Assembly (NCBI GenBank): GCA_040954595.2
Contig: CM082584.2
Span: 10,448,190 to 10,512,189 of the forward strand
Direction: 5' to 3'
DNA from: Balanoglossus misakiensis
Taxonomy: Eukaryota > Animalia > Hemichordata
Length of the DNA stretch: 64,000 bases
The translations under genes were made by a program, and so were the position numbers. Of the stretch, positions 23,501 to 37,592 are shown piece by piece; position 1 is the stretch's first letter; each line of letters starts with the position of its first letter. The notes beneath the pieces are model-generated. The model ran no database searches. It saw only the letters and a program-made list of their open reading frames with translations, and was not told where the DNA came from.

Positions 23501-26500
23501 ACCTTTTGGTTGAAATGTCAAAATTCAAAGTGCATGAATCCACACTGTATTGGAATTACTGTTGGTGGAAAAGTTTAAAATCTGTACATAAAGCGAAATG
23601 TCTTTGTTTGTGGTGTTTGATGTTGTCAAGCAAATTACCAGGCAAACAGATGTGAATTCTGGAACACATGTATCGAACTAGGAAAGCCTTCAAAGGGGTG
23701 GACTTTCCTTGAAATCCAGAGCAATGACCGACAACTTCGTTGCAATGTTTTCAGCATGACGTTGTCTCTTGCTGTATGTATAAAGGTGTTGAGTTTGTAG
23801 GTCAAACTCAAAGTCAAGTGTCGGTATCTGAAGGGTCATTTGAGTCAAGTGCATATCTACCTGTCTCTAGGCATTTTACATGTACTTCAGTGGCATATCA
23901 AATGACGGGAAGAAATTGCATGGCTTCATATCAGTGGGTTACCAATGTATTGGTGTTAGTGTTCTTGACTGTTGAGTTTAAAATCTGTACATAAAGCGAA
24001 ATGTCTTTGTTTGTGGTGTTTGATGTTGTCAAGCAAATTACCAGGCAAACAGATGTGAATTCTGGAACACATGTATCGAACTAGGAAAGCCTTCAAAGGG
24101 GTGGACTTTCCTTGAAATCCAGAGCAATGACCGACAACTTCGTTGCAATGTTTTCAGCATGACGTTGTCTCTTGCTGTATGTATAAAGGTGTTGAGTTTG
24201 TAGGTCAAACTCAAAGTCAAGTGTCGGTATCTGAAGGGTCATTTGAGTCAAGTGCATATCTACCTGTCTCTAGGCATTTTACATGTACTTCAGTGGCATA
24301 TCAAATGACGGGAAGAAATTGCATGGCTTCATATCAGTGGGTTACCAATGTATTGGTGTTAGTGTTCTTGACTGTTGAGTTTAACCCAGCAACAGTGCGT
24401 ATCCTAGCAACTGTGGTATAGACACACTGGTAGGGGTTGTGAAGCTTGCTAGTTACCATGGAAACCAGACACGATTAATGTGTACCTGCGAAACGCTTAA
24501 ATATCGGTCATGGAAGTGTCTTTTTTTAGTACTTTCACCCTTCGTTGGTGTCAAATTGGTAGGAAACAGTTGTGTGGAACCAAATGGCTGTGATAAATTG
24601 GTTTAAATACATCTTTTTGAGTTTGTTGGTTTCTTTTCTCCCCTTCCTTGAAGTTGAAGTCATCATTTGCACTGAGGCATAAAGCTGTACATGATCTTCT
24701 TGTACAGATTGTTGCGTGATTTCTGTTTGCATTGACGTATTAGACTCAGAAAACAAATAGCATATACAGGTACGTAACAGTACACATCAGGAACTGTTGG
24801 ATCCTCAGTCTTTGGAACAATTTCCGAAAATGCTGTTTAATATGTACAGTGTGTTCCACCAATTGTATGCGTGGACATTAAGTGCCACGTAAAATTGGTT
24901 TGGTTGCACGACTTTTGGAATCGTGCCATCATTTCATTGACGTTCGCCTAAAAATGTTGCGTGGATCCCATGCAACCTGTAGGATTCAGGGCAGTGTAGT
25001 GATCGCGCTTATTGCTACATGACTATTGTTTAATTGCCATGTCGACACATACATGTAGCCCCTTTTACACAATTCTCTATGACGCAAGTCAGTGTTTCAT
25101 TTTACATGGCTATACATGTACATATACATGTGTAAGTAAGTATACCACAGTACTCCAGCCAGAGAAATAATTTATCTTCACATTGACAAAACAATGTTTT
25201 GTCTGTAATTCTCTGAAAGGGAATGTAGTTATAGAAGACTATCAATGGAACCTTGTTTGGTTTTATTGAAGTGTTGGATTTTATTCTTGTTGATTTTAAG
25301 GGTCAAAGTGCGGCCATTAATTTTCAGATCTGTTACTAAAAATGTACGACCTTTCCTGCCAAGTGGAGATCAATACAGCCTTCAGATTACGCAGCGAATT
25401 TTGGTTCACGTCAGTGTTTACCTGGAAAGTCGAACAATTAAGACCTGATCTAGAGTTTGTGCATTGACAGTTATGTTTACAGAAGAAAACAGTTTGCAGC
25501 TGAGTACTATGAAAGTTAAAAACTGTGAGGGGACTGAAGTTGAAGGGAAGGCCATTATAGGGAAAGGGGTGTTTTTTTGTAATAGGATCGTATGGGGCGG
25601 ACAAATAAATGTAGAAAATGCTCCATTGTTGTCGGCAGACAATGAAACAGTGGATCGTGTTACCACTTTGGTGCGGGGTTTTACAATGCAAATCATGAAC
25701 AGAATGCTGATTTTTAAAGGATGGGTATGTGTTTTTCACTGCTTGACTTTGTGGGGCGGTCTTTAATATCCAACAGTGCCTGCTGGGTGAGATACATTGT
25801 ATAATTCCCATCTATACGCCTGCAACATTGGGTCATCACGTTTTCTTGACGTTCATATCTTTATGTCTTCTTTTTGTCTTATTCAGAGTTTTTCCAGAAA
25901 TCACAATATATTCATTACGAGATGAAATAGAAGAACAGTTAGGTTACGATGTTTTGCCAAAAGATTATGTTTTTCTCAAAAGTGTGGGGAGATGCCTGGC
26001 TCAGGTAAGTTCAATATCAAAATCGACTTAAACATTTTGTAAACATCCTCATCACTTGCATACTAGAATGGCACCACTAAGGCGCTGATCGACATCTACA
26101 TGTACTTATTTCCACAGCAACTGTCGCGACTCACGTTGGCACGTCATGTTGCTTTGTGTTTTGGATTTATTCAACTGTTATATTTATTTCACTCCACCCA
26201 CAATTATGTCTTCAAACTGAATTGGGACAAAGGAACCTTTATCCTTGGGTTACCCCTGCGCCCACTTCATCATCATATAGTGATTTAGACGGCTGCAGTT
26301 GTTTGTGTGCGTATTTTAACATTATGAAGCGAGCTTTGTTTAGTTCTCCAATAGAGGTAATGATTATGAAAAATATTCGAAATACAATGTAGGATTTGCT
26401 CTGAAACTATTCAGTACTGTGTTGTATATTCATAATGTGGTTGCCATGACTACATGACTTGAGCACGATTGTGGGGATGATGACGATGACTCAATATATG

Positions 26501-29500
26501 TCAGTTTTCTTACAACTTGGAACATACTGTAATGACCATGTAGATGTGAAAATTTCCAATATAGGTATACATGATAAAGGTATCCATACAGACTATTGAA
26601 ATCTATTGAAATCTGTTGCAATGGGGTACAATAGCCACTACCGACACTTTCAGAAGACACTTAAGCACTTGAATCCAAATTCCGTTTTCTCGCAGAAAAA
26701 AACAACAACTTATCAGGTACTTCAAAAACTGAAAAGAAATAAGGATGTTTGTCATCCTGATTTCAAGAAAACCATCAATACTGTTGTTCCCACAGTGAAC
26801 ACTGCAGAGTATGGCAGCCATTTTGAATCTCAAAAATGCTCTGGGGAATTTGCTCATTTTAGCCTGAAATGTGCATGACATTGGTGGGTAGGGGGCAAGG
26901 TGGTGGTATATAGTTAACATTTTTGGTTAATAATTTATTTTGTGTACATTTTCTACCTGTACACTCTCTGAATTATTTCGTACTAGAAATCAATACATCA
27001 GTGTATGACTATGTGTTTGTTATGTCCTTGTACGTTCCGAAATTGTAGAGTACCACTGAAAAATAGGACTGATATTCAGTATGTTGCAAAGATGAATCTT
27101 CAAATTACCTGATTTCACCGGGAAAATTTATATGCTCATTTTTAAGTGTTGAGCATTCAAGAACCAAGTTACATTTTCAGTGGGATGTGGAAGCTTTAAG
27201 AGGTTGCCATATGCACCTGATATATTCTACCTGCTGTGATGACGATAATTGATGTGGAACTGGCAATAAAGTGCATGCTTAGGTTGAAGGGGATTTTGGA
27301 GGGGATCTAGACTTTGTACTAAAAGGGATCCAGCATTTAATGATCCAACACATTACATATATAATCATAAGGGAGACATTTCATGCCGTTTGTAGAAAAA
27401 TTCTGTCTTCACATAGCTACACAATATTCCTAATCCTTCAGCCTACAGTGTGTGTTCCTATGTCTTGGCAGCATTCCTGGGCTGCTGTTATTCTTGGTAA
27501 ATATTCAACATAAATGAGCAGTTCTAAAAGTGATTAAAGACTGCTGATCATTTTTTGTGGTGGTTTTTCATGGCGCGTTATCTTTTTTTAAGTCTTTTTA
27601 AATTGTCTATCGAGGGGGGCAGATAATGAGGGATTTGATGGGCGATGTTCGGTTGAGACACAGTAATCTTGGATGACATAAAGAACCAACATCTGCAGGA
27701 TGTTTCATACCTTCTTTGCGTAGAGATACAGCATTTCTATCAAATGATATATTCAGGGACGCATTTGCGTCAACATATCCCATTTGCAATCAACAGGTGT
27801 GTAAGCTTGTTATAAATCAATTCAAATTGTATTCGGCCGTTAAAGAGCAGATTTTGTGATATTTAGTATAATATAAAACAGGAATGAAGCCCTCTTTTAT
27901 TCCCTGACGTAAGCCAGCTTTGCATTGTATTGGTTTCTGTTGATTGATGAAACTCCTGACCTTAATTTTATGTGACACTGTGGATTTCGAGTTGTTCGAG
28001 AAGTGATATGCTTTATTCTTTGTGTTGGATATGTGTAAGAAACTCATGTCATGAATTCAGCAACTCTAGGTATAATTAGTCAGCATTAATTTGGCAACGC
28101 TACGGCCATTTTCCAAACCATTTATCATAACCGTCTACAGCCAGGGGGCTCTTACTGTATTGCTTTATGTGCACCTATTGACAGATATGCGGTTAATTTC
28201 CCTAACAATTGCATACCAATAACGCAGTGTCAGCGTTGCCATACATGTACAGTTAGCGCCGGCACAATAAATTAACGCTGTGAAGTCTTCGGACAATGAG
28301 AACACATGAGAAAGGTTGCTTCAAATGACATTCTCTCACCCCACCCTCCCCTTGTACATATGCATATACACATGCATAGAATCTGAATCCAACATATCTC
28401 TGTGCTATTTTTAATAATACCAACAATCTTTCAGTCTTTGATTTCCATAGCAACGGGGGTTACATTGCACTTTCCAGCATTGTTGGAATCATCTCTCCGA
28501 AGACTTTGTTTTTGATGCCGCGTGTATACTATAGACAGAAAGTACCATGCCCCGAACATTACGTGTAAACCTACAAGTACATATAAAAAACCAACAACGC
28601 CCAACTGTTTGTGTCTTTTTATTGGGATTTGAAAAGTGAGTGTTCATTCAGTGAATGGCACGTAAAATGGTTGATGGCCGCTGTATTTTAATAGTTGTTC
28701 TGCAATTGACACACCACTCTGTTGTCTCTTCAATTTCAGGTGAAAGGTCGGCAAGAAATAGAATTGAAAGTCAAAAACTTTTTACCACCTCTGGTAAGCT
28801 AGTCCATTTGAATTTCAGGTTTCTCCTATTGACGAAAAATGTAACATAAGTTTATAAGACTTTCAATTAAAATATCTGTTGAGTGATAGTCATTGCAGTT
28901 GAAGTCAGTGTGTGTTATTGACATGTCTCTTCCATCTGCTCCTTCCAGGCGTATCTACCGGAGATCTTTTTACTCCCGGGTCACAGAGATCACGTTCCAC
29001 TAGCTTTACCGTCCACAGAAAATTACAAATCCCAGCGACACAGACCGGCTGCAGGAGGTAGGGCATCCAAACACGAATCGACTCAAACGGGTCCATCCCC
29101 GGATCTGAGAGTCAGCCATGACAGTAGACTGGGTATGTACTTGGATGACGGGTGTATATATGCGCACCGACAAACGTCTTTGACAGTTATTACCATGGTG
29201 ACAGGTCATCAGAAACCAGTTGGACAGCAGTGTCATGTCTGTTCCCGTAAATTCTGTGATCTCCCTCTCTGTTTGCATTTTATTCTGTCCTGGCCACTTA
29301 TAATGTATTATATCTTTCTCTGCAAATCTTCTGAAATCCTCCTATGCAAATCTCCTCTCTGCATGTCCTTTCTTCCACCCTAAGTTTTCTGTGTACAGTG
29401 TTCATGAGCAACAATGACACTACATCACACTGTGTGCATGGGTTCGTCAATCACAACAAATCCCAAATCAACAACCTTTCAAACCTCACCATCCATCACT

Positions 29501-32500
29501 GTTAACCCCCCTCCCCCTCCCCCTCCCCCCACCTCCACAATCCTAACACCCAATGCACAGTGCAGAGCCACTCTGTGTGTTGCTGTCCAACTGAGATCGA
29601 GTTATATGGTCTGTCACTATGGTAACATTGCATGTTGTTCATGTGATGGGGAATTGCAAGGTACGCGATAGACTGTCATCCAATGCATGCATGGTTTTTT
29701 GGCGCATTGTAAAATATGCTTGCAAAATGTGCTGCCGCTTTATAAAATGTAATCTGATGTGCGCTCTGCAATTAAGTTCAGTCGTTCCATTGCCCATGTT
29801 GTCAAGCATGCGGTCAACATCTTCATTCCAATGTCTAGCAAAACTTAATCGGTCTCTGATAGTCAAAACTTTACCATATCATTCTGTAAGTTTTGTTTGA
29901 TATAAATGGGGGCAAGAATAATCTGTACGTTGTATACTAGGAACAGAGAAACAAATGATTTATATTTGATACTGAATAATGCTGAGACTCTGGGACACCC
30001 CAAAACACATCACTTGAATATCCTGACAATAATTCAACTCTTTAAGGAAGTCTTTGTGACAGTATCAAATTAGAAGGCCAGTGACCCATAACTTGGGTCT
30101 CCTTTGTCAGACCAGACAAAAGATTCAATTTAGCGGAGTTCAGGGTGTTTTGAACCAATTCTCCGACAGAGTTGTCAAGAGACTGTCAGTCCATTGTGTT
30201 TCATTGTCTTGCTCGAGTTGTGCTGTAATATTTTAAGCACTTGTTCACAACGAATTTGTCCATGATTTTGTGCACTCATTGTGTCTGTTACTCCGGAGAA
30301 GTTATTACCCCCTAGCTCTGTTGACATAAACAATCAAGGGCTTGTCACAACTCTTTGTGTTTTTTCGCTTGTCCTTGGCGGGGCGTGCAGTACGCCTCGT
30401 CTTTGTGGAGCAAACAAATGAGGAGCAAACAAATACCAAAAGGAAAAATAAGCCCAGAGGGCAGCAAATAAATTGCTGTGAGAAATGCAAATTATACTTG
30501 AGTCACTGACCTTTGACACAATTGATGGATAAATTCTTCGTCATGTGGTGTTCTTCCCATAGTGATATGTGTAGCTGTTACCATGGTTATTTAACTAACA
30601 TTTGTTCAAATTAAACCTTGGTAATGCATGTTCTGTTTGGAGAAAGCTCTTGCGTAACGCAGTCTAGAACTATCAATAACTGTGCTTAGTTAATTTTCTA
30701 TGTTCAAATAACACAGTCTAGAGCTATCAATAACTGTATGCTCAGCTAATTATTTGTGTTCAAATGTTTAATCATGGTTCGTTAATCTTGAAAACAAATC
30801 TTATTTTCACTTAGACGAAATTGATAGCCAGCTTAGACAGAACGAAAGACAGTCTGTAGGGCACAGTGGGGCAGGAAAGCATCATGTAGGTGATGGTAGC
30901 AAAGAACTTGCTAGTAACCATGGCGATACCAGTGCTCAGAAGCAAACTAGCACAGTAGTAGATACAAGAAAGGTAGAGCTAGGGAAAGACGGCAAGAAGA
31001 TCGTTGGCGCGGCCAGTGTGGAAGCTGGTGGAGTTAAGCAAAGAGTAGCCAGCAGCAAGGGTGTCAGACAGGGTACGGGAGGAGTTAGGCAAACGGTCAC
31101 CACTTCAGACGAGAGGCAGGTTAGGCAGAATGGGCTGAAGGCGCTGAAAAGTAAGATTAGTCTGAGAATTTCAAACGGTGACAGCCCAGCACAGAATGTC
31201 AAGAACAATGGTACAGAAAGTAGCAGTAGTAATAGCAAGCACACTGCTGATGCAAAAACAACAGCACCAGTGCAAAAACCAAACCAGAAAGTTGTTGATG
31301 AAAAGAAACAAAAACAGAAAGGTGTTGAAGAAAAGTTGCATTCTGATAGTGTCACTGCAGATAAGGAGACAAAAATTCAGAAAGTCAGAACACAGTCCAG
31401 GGACAAAGGCTCTTCTAAAGATGTTGCAAAAAGTTCGCCGGCCGAATCACAGAAACGGACATTGCCACTAAATGCGGGTAGGAACAGGAAGAATGTCACC
31501 CCATTCAAAGAATGGAAGACCAAGCAAGGTTCTAAGGAGAAGCCTGCGGAGCTGCCCAGGTGGCAGTTCTCTTTCAAAACAGGTCCCAAATTATCCGACC
31601 CACCCAAGAAGTGGGAACGAACCAACAGCATTTACAAGAAGAAAGTCCAAAATTCCATGAAAAAGCATCTGATAGAGTTCGGTAAGGAGAAGGCAGGGAC
31701 AGAAAGCGAGGCAAAGAAAACGACAACAGAGTCAGGAACTTCAGCCGAGGTTAAGGACAAGCTCTCAGTCAAAACGAGATCTGAAGAAAAAGATGGCAAC
31801 AAGTCAATCCCCACACAGAATAGATCAGTGGTCTCCTCCCGAAGCACAAACAAAAGTATAGAAAACAGAAGTACCACAGGAACAAAAAGTCTAAGAACAT
31901 CCAGAGATTCACCATCATTGAAAGTCTTGAAACCGAAACATTCAGATTCTGAACCTGTTAAAAAAGTTGTCCGGATAGTGTCGGCGTTGAATCAAGAAAT
32001 TGATATATCTCAAGACGATGACGAACGCGATCTTGAAACTGGTGCTGAACGTAACTTGTTCAAATACAGAAGGAAATCACAGCAGAGTTCTGTGAAGTCA
32101 GCAAGGACCCTGTCAAAAGATTCTTCCGGTCTCGAAAAAGAAAGCAGTAGCTTAGAAGAAAAGCATGCAGGGAACAAAATCATTGTAGAAGACGGCAGAC
32201 GAGAGCCAAAGATTAGGTTGGATCAAGAGGGCGTTGATGTAGCTGAAAGAAGGGAGGGGTCTACGGAGGAAGCTTTAGACAGGCATGAGGAAGCAGATGA
32301 GTTTGGGCTGGATGGTGAACTGACTGCATCAAACCACAGCCGAAAATCAAGCCATCTGACTACCATATACGAATCCTACAGCGGAGAGATCCGAGAGTCA
32401 GAGAGCGAATTATGCGATCAGGTTAGAGAGGGAGAACAGGAAGGGAAGATTCCGCAGGATAGGGCAGGAAATGTAGGAGATGAGGAGGGACTAGAGAGAG

Positions 32501-35500
32501 GTAGATTACAGCAGGAAAAGATGAGGACTAAGCCAGGTAGGATAGGTGTCGTCAAACTGCCAAGAATGTAGCAGTGTGTGTACTGTACATGTGTGTGGGT
32601 GTGGGCGTTTCTACTAAATGCATGTTTTCTTCATTCCGTTTCAAACCCCTGTCTTGGTATTGGAATCGATTTAGGCGATGTGGATGGGTTTTCACAGCCC
32701 GGCCGCAACTCAGCAACGCCAGACCCATTTTCCATTGAACACCACCAACACAACTACCCTCACAAAACGCCCGTCCAAGAGGATGGTCAGGAGGGCTACC
32801 TCCCTCCGCTCAGTGCCACTCCTCCTCAAACTCCCGATGTTGTTCCGGTAGAGTCGCCGCTGCAGCGCAAAACCAAAGTGGCCGGCAAGGATGCCAACCG
32901 ATCAGGAAGGTCAGACACGTACACCAACAACACCAACGAAGACTCGGGTATTGCTGACGATGTGGAGGAAGAACTCGAAAGGTAATTGCCAATTTCTGAT
33001 ATTATTGCATATTTTCATCGGGTTTGGAAATAATTTGGTGCTGAAACAGAGGGGTCTTTTCACAAAGGTCATCGATCACCATAGTTTTAATTGCTGACTT
33101 GAAATCATATGTTAATGTGTACATGTAAATGTAAATCTGGTTTTTGCAAGGATATAAGAATGTGAGGTGAGATAATTGAAGAGATCGCATCATAATTGTG
33201 TAATTGTCACTCACATTATGTTCGCAGCTGACATCATTTTCATTGCAAGCCACAGTTTCTTTCACAAAACACTGTCACAGTGATGGATTGCTTGACCTAT
33301 ACATTACAGGCCCAAGCAGTCACAAGAGAAGTCACAAACACAATCAGGTCATTCAGGTCATTCAGGTCACTCAGATCACTCACAGAAACACGACACCACT
33401 CACACCGCAGACAGTCACAAACCTGGACAAGCTACCAACCAGGATCCACCAGGCCCTGATTCACCAGTTCCTGAGAACTCAAGTCACATACATGTACACG
33501 GTCGGCCCAGCTCAGGGAGTCCAAGCCATGCTTTGCCTCACTCAGACAACCCACATTATAATCAGCCCGGCCCCGAGAAACTGACTCATGATCAGAGGGG
33601 CGCTGGGAACCTGATTCTTGACGAACAGCCAGACCCTGACAGCCCCAACCCCAGCCATAATGAGCCAGGCCCTCTGAATCAACACCTAGGAGACCCGGTT
33701 GATCCTGATCATGAAAACGTACCTGACAGTGATCAATCTGATCCAGATGATTATGATCAGCAAACTTCAAGACAGAGCTATGATCAGAATCAGCGTGCAA
33801 ATCTAACTCACTCTGGGTATATAAACATTTCCCATGGTTTAATATGTGTTGCTTGCTGTGGTGTGATCAGATTTTTATTCTCATTGACAGAAAATCAACT
33901 GAATCCATCTGGCAATATTTGCCTGTCCCCAGAAGCAGAAGGAAAACTTAAATGAGATTTTTGGCCACTATGTGTTGTGTTTTCCCTTTCTATTTATCCT
34001 TTGCGACATACTCTTAGCTATTAACCCGTTCTTGTCTGTATAGAATGTTTGCTGTGGTGTTCATAATTTTGCAGTGTAATCTACTTGACCCTGACACAGT
34101 TTCCCCTTGAAATGCAATGACTGAAAGTGTCTCCCTTTAAAAATTTGACCTATTGGCAATTTATCCGATGACTAAGAAACTGACTGATTGGCTAAGGAAT
34201 ATTCTCTGTATAAACAAAACGACTGATGGGCTAAGAACCATTGACCGACAAATGATGGTTGAATGTTTCTGTCCTACATGAATTGCAGACCCACACCACT
34301 GAATGGACAACACGATCCAAATCATGGCCACTCTCAAAGCTCTCAATCATTTCAAGAATTGCAGCATACAAGAAATTCTGTGCATGATCATGAGCCAAGA
34401 TCAGTACACAGCGACACATTCCAAGAAACTAACAGTCGCGCAGACTCTTCATTAGAACTAACCTCAGCTGCCATGGCCAATAACCATGCAGATGCTCATG
34501 GTGCCAGTCTGTTTCAAGAAGCTATCCGAGACGGGTACTCAACATTTCAGAATTATGTGTGTCTGGCATGTTCACGCAAAAACTAACCTATCAGATAACA
34601 TATATTTGGTTCTTTAATCAGTGTTAATGATTTAACCAGTGTTTTCCCTGCTAAACATCCACAGTTTGACATCATTTTTTTTATAATTCGCTCGGCCCAG
34701 CACCGTCTTCAGTCCTGCTGTTGATGTTTTATGGCACATGTGTCTTCATACCTAGTTTTCAGCATTGAGATATTGCACATTTTTTGCATCAAAAGCCAGG
34801 TTGAAACTAATCCAATGCACAGCACAGAGACTTATCCAGTACAAGTTTTGATAACAGATGAAAAGCGTGGTTAACAGACAGCCACAGCCATCCCCACCTC
34901 AGTAATTGTCAGCTTAATTCTCGGGTCAAATGCAAGACACATAAATACAATCTACAAACATCTATCTGGAATCGCCTTTGTGAGGACATTTTATTTTAAG
35001 GAGATTTTAGTTTTGTTTTCATTTTTGCAAACTTTCACTGATTTGAACATATTTTTTTGTTTTGTCTGCTCCCCTCCAATCTTAAAGATTGGATAACATT
35101 TCACAGGACTCAGATAATGACAATGATTTGTGGTAAGATTCTTACATGTTTGGTGTGTTGCCATTATCAATGTTTTATCAAAAGATATTGTGTGAGATCC
35201 CGCCCCTCCATTGCAGTATATTTGACTTGAAATTGGTTTGGTGTTTCAGACCCCAGTTTGATGCATGCATTTTGAATCCCCATGCCCTCCAGTGAGATTT
35301 CCCCAGTGATCGTGAAAAGATCAATGTAAAAGCGTGTGGTAATTAACCTGTGTTAGAGTTCATGGCATTCCCGCAAACACAGCCAGCCCCCAAAGCATCC
35401 CCATACCACCAGTGTATTGCCACAGCATTCCAAACAAGTCTGAATGAGTGTGCACTGGCAGTTTGCAACAATACACGTTGCTTGAAATATGTAATCGGAA

Positions 35501-37556
35501 CATACCCTAAGGCAACAGACTGCAACTTCCAACAAGAAAACTTACACATGCTTTTTTACCTTCAACAGGTATGCCAGTAACACAACTGTAGTGTTTTTAA
35601 TTATCTTGCATATGAAAATCTTCCTTTCAGGATTTCCTGCGTAACAGTTGGCATCGTATGGGTCATGATCCAGTGCCCTTACCTGGTTGAATGAACTTTT
35701 TTTGATATGTTTTCCGTAGGAAACGGCGGGAACAAGAGGAAGAGGAACGGAGGAGGCGGGAGGAGCAGGAAAGGCTGAGACACCTGGAGGAGGAAAGACG
35801 AGTGCAGCGGAGGAGACAGCAGCAACAGGAGGAGGAGGAGGAGGATCTGCGTCACCAGGAGGAGATGATGCGGAGAGAGCTGGAAGACCGGGAGAGAATG
35901 CAGAGGCTGGAGAGAGCGGAGAGGGAAGCGAGGGAGAGACTGAAACACCAGGAAAAGGAGCGGGAAAGGGAAGACCTGGAGAGGCAGCGGCAGCAGATCC
36001 AGAGACTGCAGGAGGAGCAACGGGCCCGGGAGCAGAGGGAGCAAGAGAGACGGAACCGGGAGGAGATGGAGCAGAGGCAGCGGGAGTTAGAGGAGCAGAT
36101 ACGGGAGGAGGATGAGAGAAAGAGGGAGGAGGAGGAGAGGAGGAAGCATGAGCTACTTCAAGTAAGTGATGGGGAGAGGAAAAAAAGATTTTGTGTAAAA
36201 AATGTTTAATGCTGTATGATCTTGAGAGAAAGCAGCTGATGTCAGCTAAAAATTTCACTTTGATGTTTTTTTCTGTGTAGAAACAACAGCAGGCATTCCC
36301 ATCAGCCCCGGAGAAGGTCTCATCTCGGAAGAACAGAGTGGATACAGATTCGGCCAAAGAAAGAAGGCGCGAGGAGAGTAAGTATAGGCACTCTACATAC
36401 CACATTATCAAACAGAAATTACTTTTAAAGTCAATTTGATGAACATCAAAGCTTTTCACCTGGTCGCGTAGTGAGTTTTAATCATTTGTTCTGAAATTTC
36501 AGAAGAGAGACTGCTGGACGATCTCCAACGAGCCAGAGATGACCGACAAGGAACAGAACGTGAGAGAGAAGATCTTGTGAGGAGAGCCAAGGCATTGCAA
36601 AATAAAACACAGAACAAGAGAAACAGGGGTGAGTGTGAAAAGATTTCAGTAACTGGACGGGTGTCATGGCAAGACTGCTGGATTTCATCCATTTTCTTGC
36701 GTTTCCAGTGCACTGTATGTGTGAAGCACCTACACAAGTATGAACACATGCGATTGTTGTTTATTTTTGCAGCTCGAGACGCCTGGAAGAAGAAGTACTT
36801 TGAAGAGAAGAAGAAAACTCCGCCCTTGGAGCAAGAAGTCAACAAACTCAGGCACTCTTTAGATTTACAACACAAGAAATACGTCAATCAAATCGAAGGC
36901 AAAGAAGCCAGGAGGAAAAATGCATACAGCCACCCTTCAGAAAAGGTGAAAATCTTTTTGGCTTTTTTAAACAATCTTGAAGTTGACAGAAATGTGAACC
37001 TGGCATTTTGAGGCTGTGATAAGTCTAAAATAATGAAATGATTACTTTTTATTTATTTATGTTAACATATCCGATTTCTTCTGTCTGACTTCTGTTCTTG
37101 CAGGCGAATCTGAAAGTTCAAATCGCCAAAAATCAACATGACCTGGAAGAGCTGAGGAGGAGAGTTGAAAACACCAAAATGAAACTCACAACTGAAATGA
37201 AGGTATATAGAATCTATAGATACAGAACTATGTCTGCATGGAGTGTGTCACAGTACGAGTAATCACACACCAAAGCAATATTAATAATCTCTTGTGTGTC
37301 TTCAACGTAGAAATGGTTTTAATCTCTTCAACCACGTTTTTTGTCCTGTCTAATGTAACGTTTACTCTACCACGTGTTTTGTAAGTGTGTTAACTTTTCC
37401 TTTTTCTTTCTGTTTACACAAATATTGTGTGCAATGCATCTGTTAATGGCTGATAAAAACCACAGTAGTTGGGCCATCGATTTGAAATGTAGTCAAGTTC
37501 AAGACTTGGAGCTCTGGTACCAGCAATTTTTTGTTCTCCTTGTATCACTGCTATGA

Positions 37557-37592
<36 letters not shown>

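Noticed and set aside
24574-24596. Minus-strand TATCACAGCCATTTG resembling miR-2/miR-13
   Set aside because: No complementary arm at pre-miRNA distance, so no hairpin.
24988-25031. Second GGCAGTG seed with a small hairpin
   Set aside because: A 22-nt product would run through the loop; the geometry does not fit Drosha/Dicer processing.
25245-25811. Overlapping ORFs of 92-164 aa in SPATA1-like intron 2
   Set aside because: No recognisable domain and no compatible splice sites.
35542-36459. 305-aa Pro/Ser/Ala-rich minus-strand ORF (also 11138-11779 and 30936-31355)
   Set aside because: Antisense shadows of purine-rich coding exons on the plus strand.
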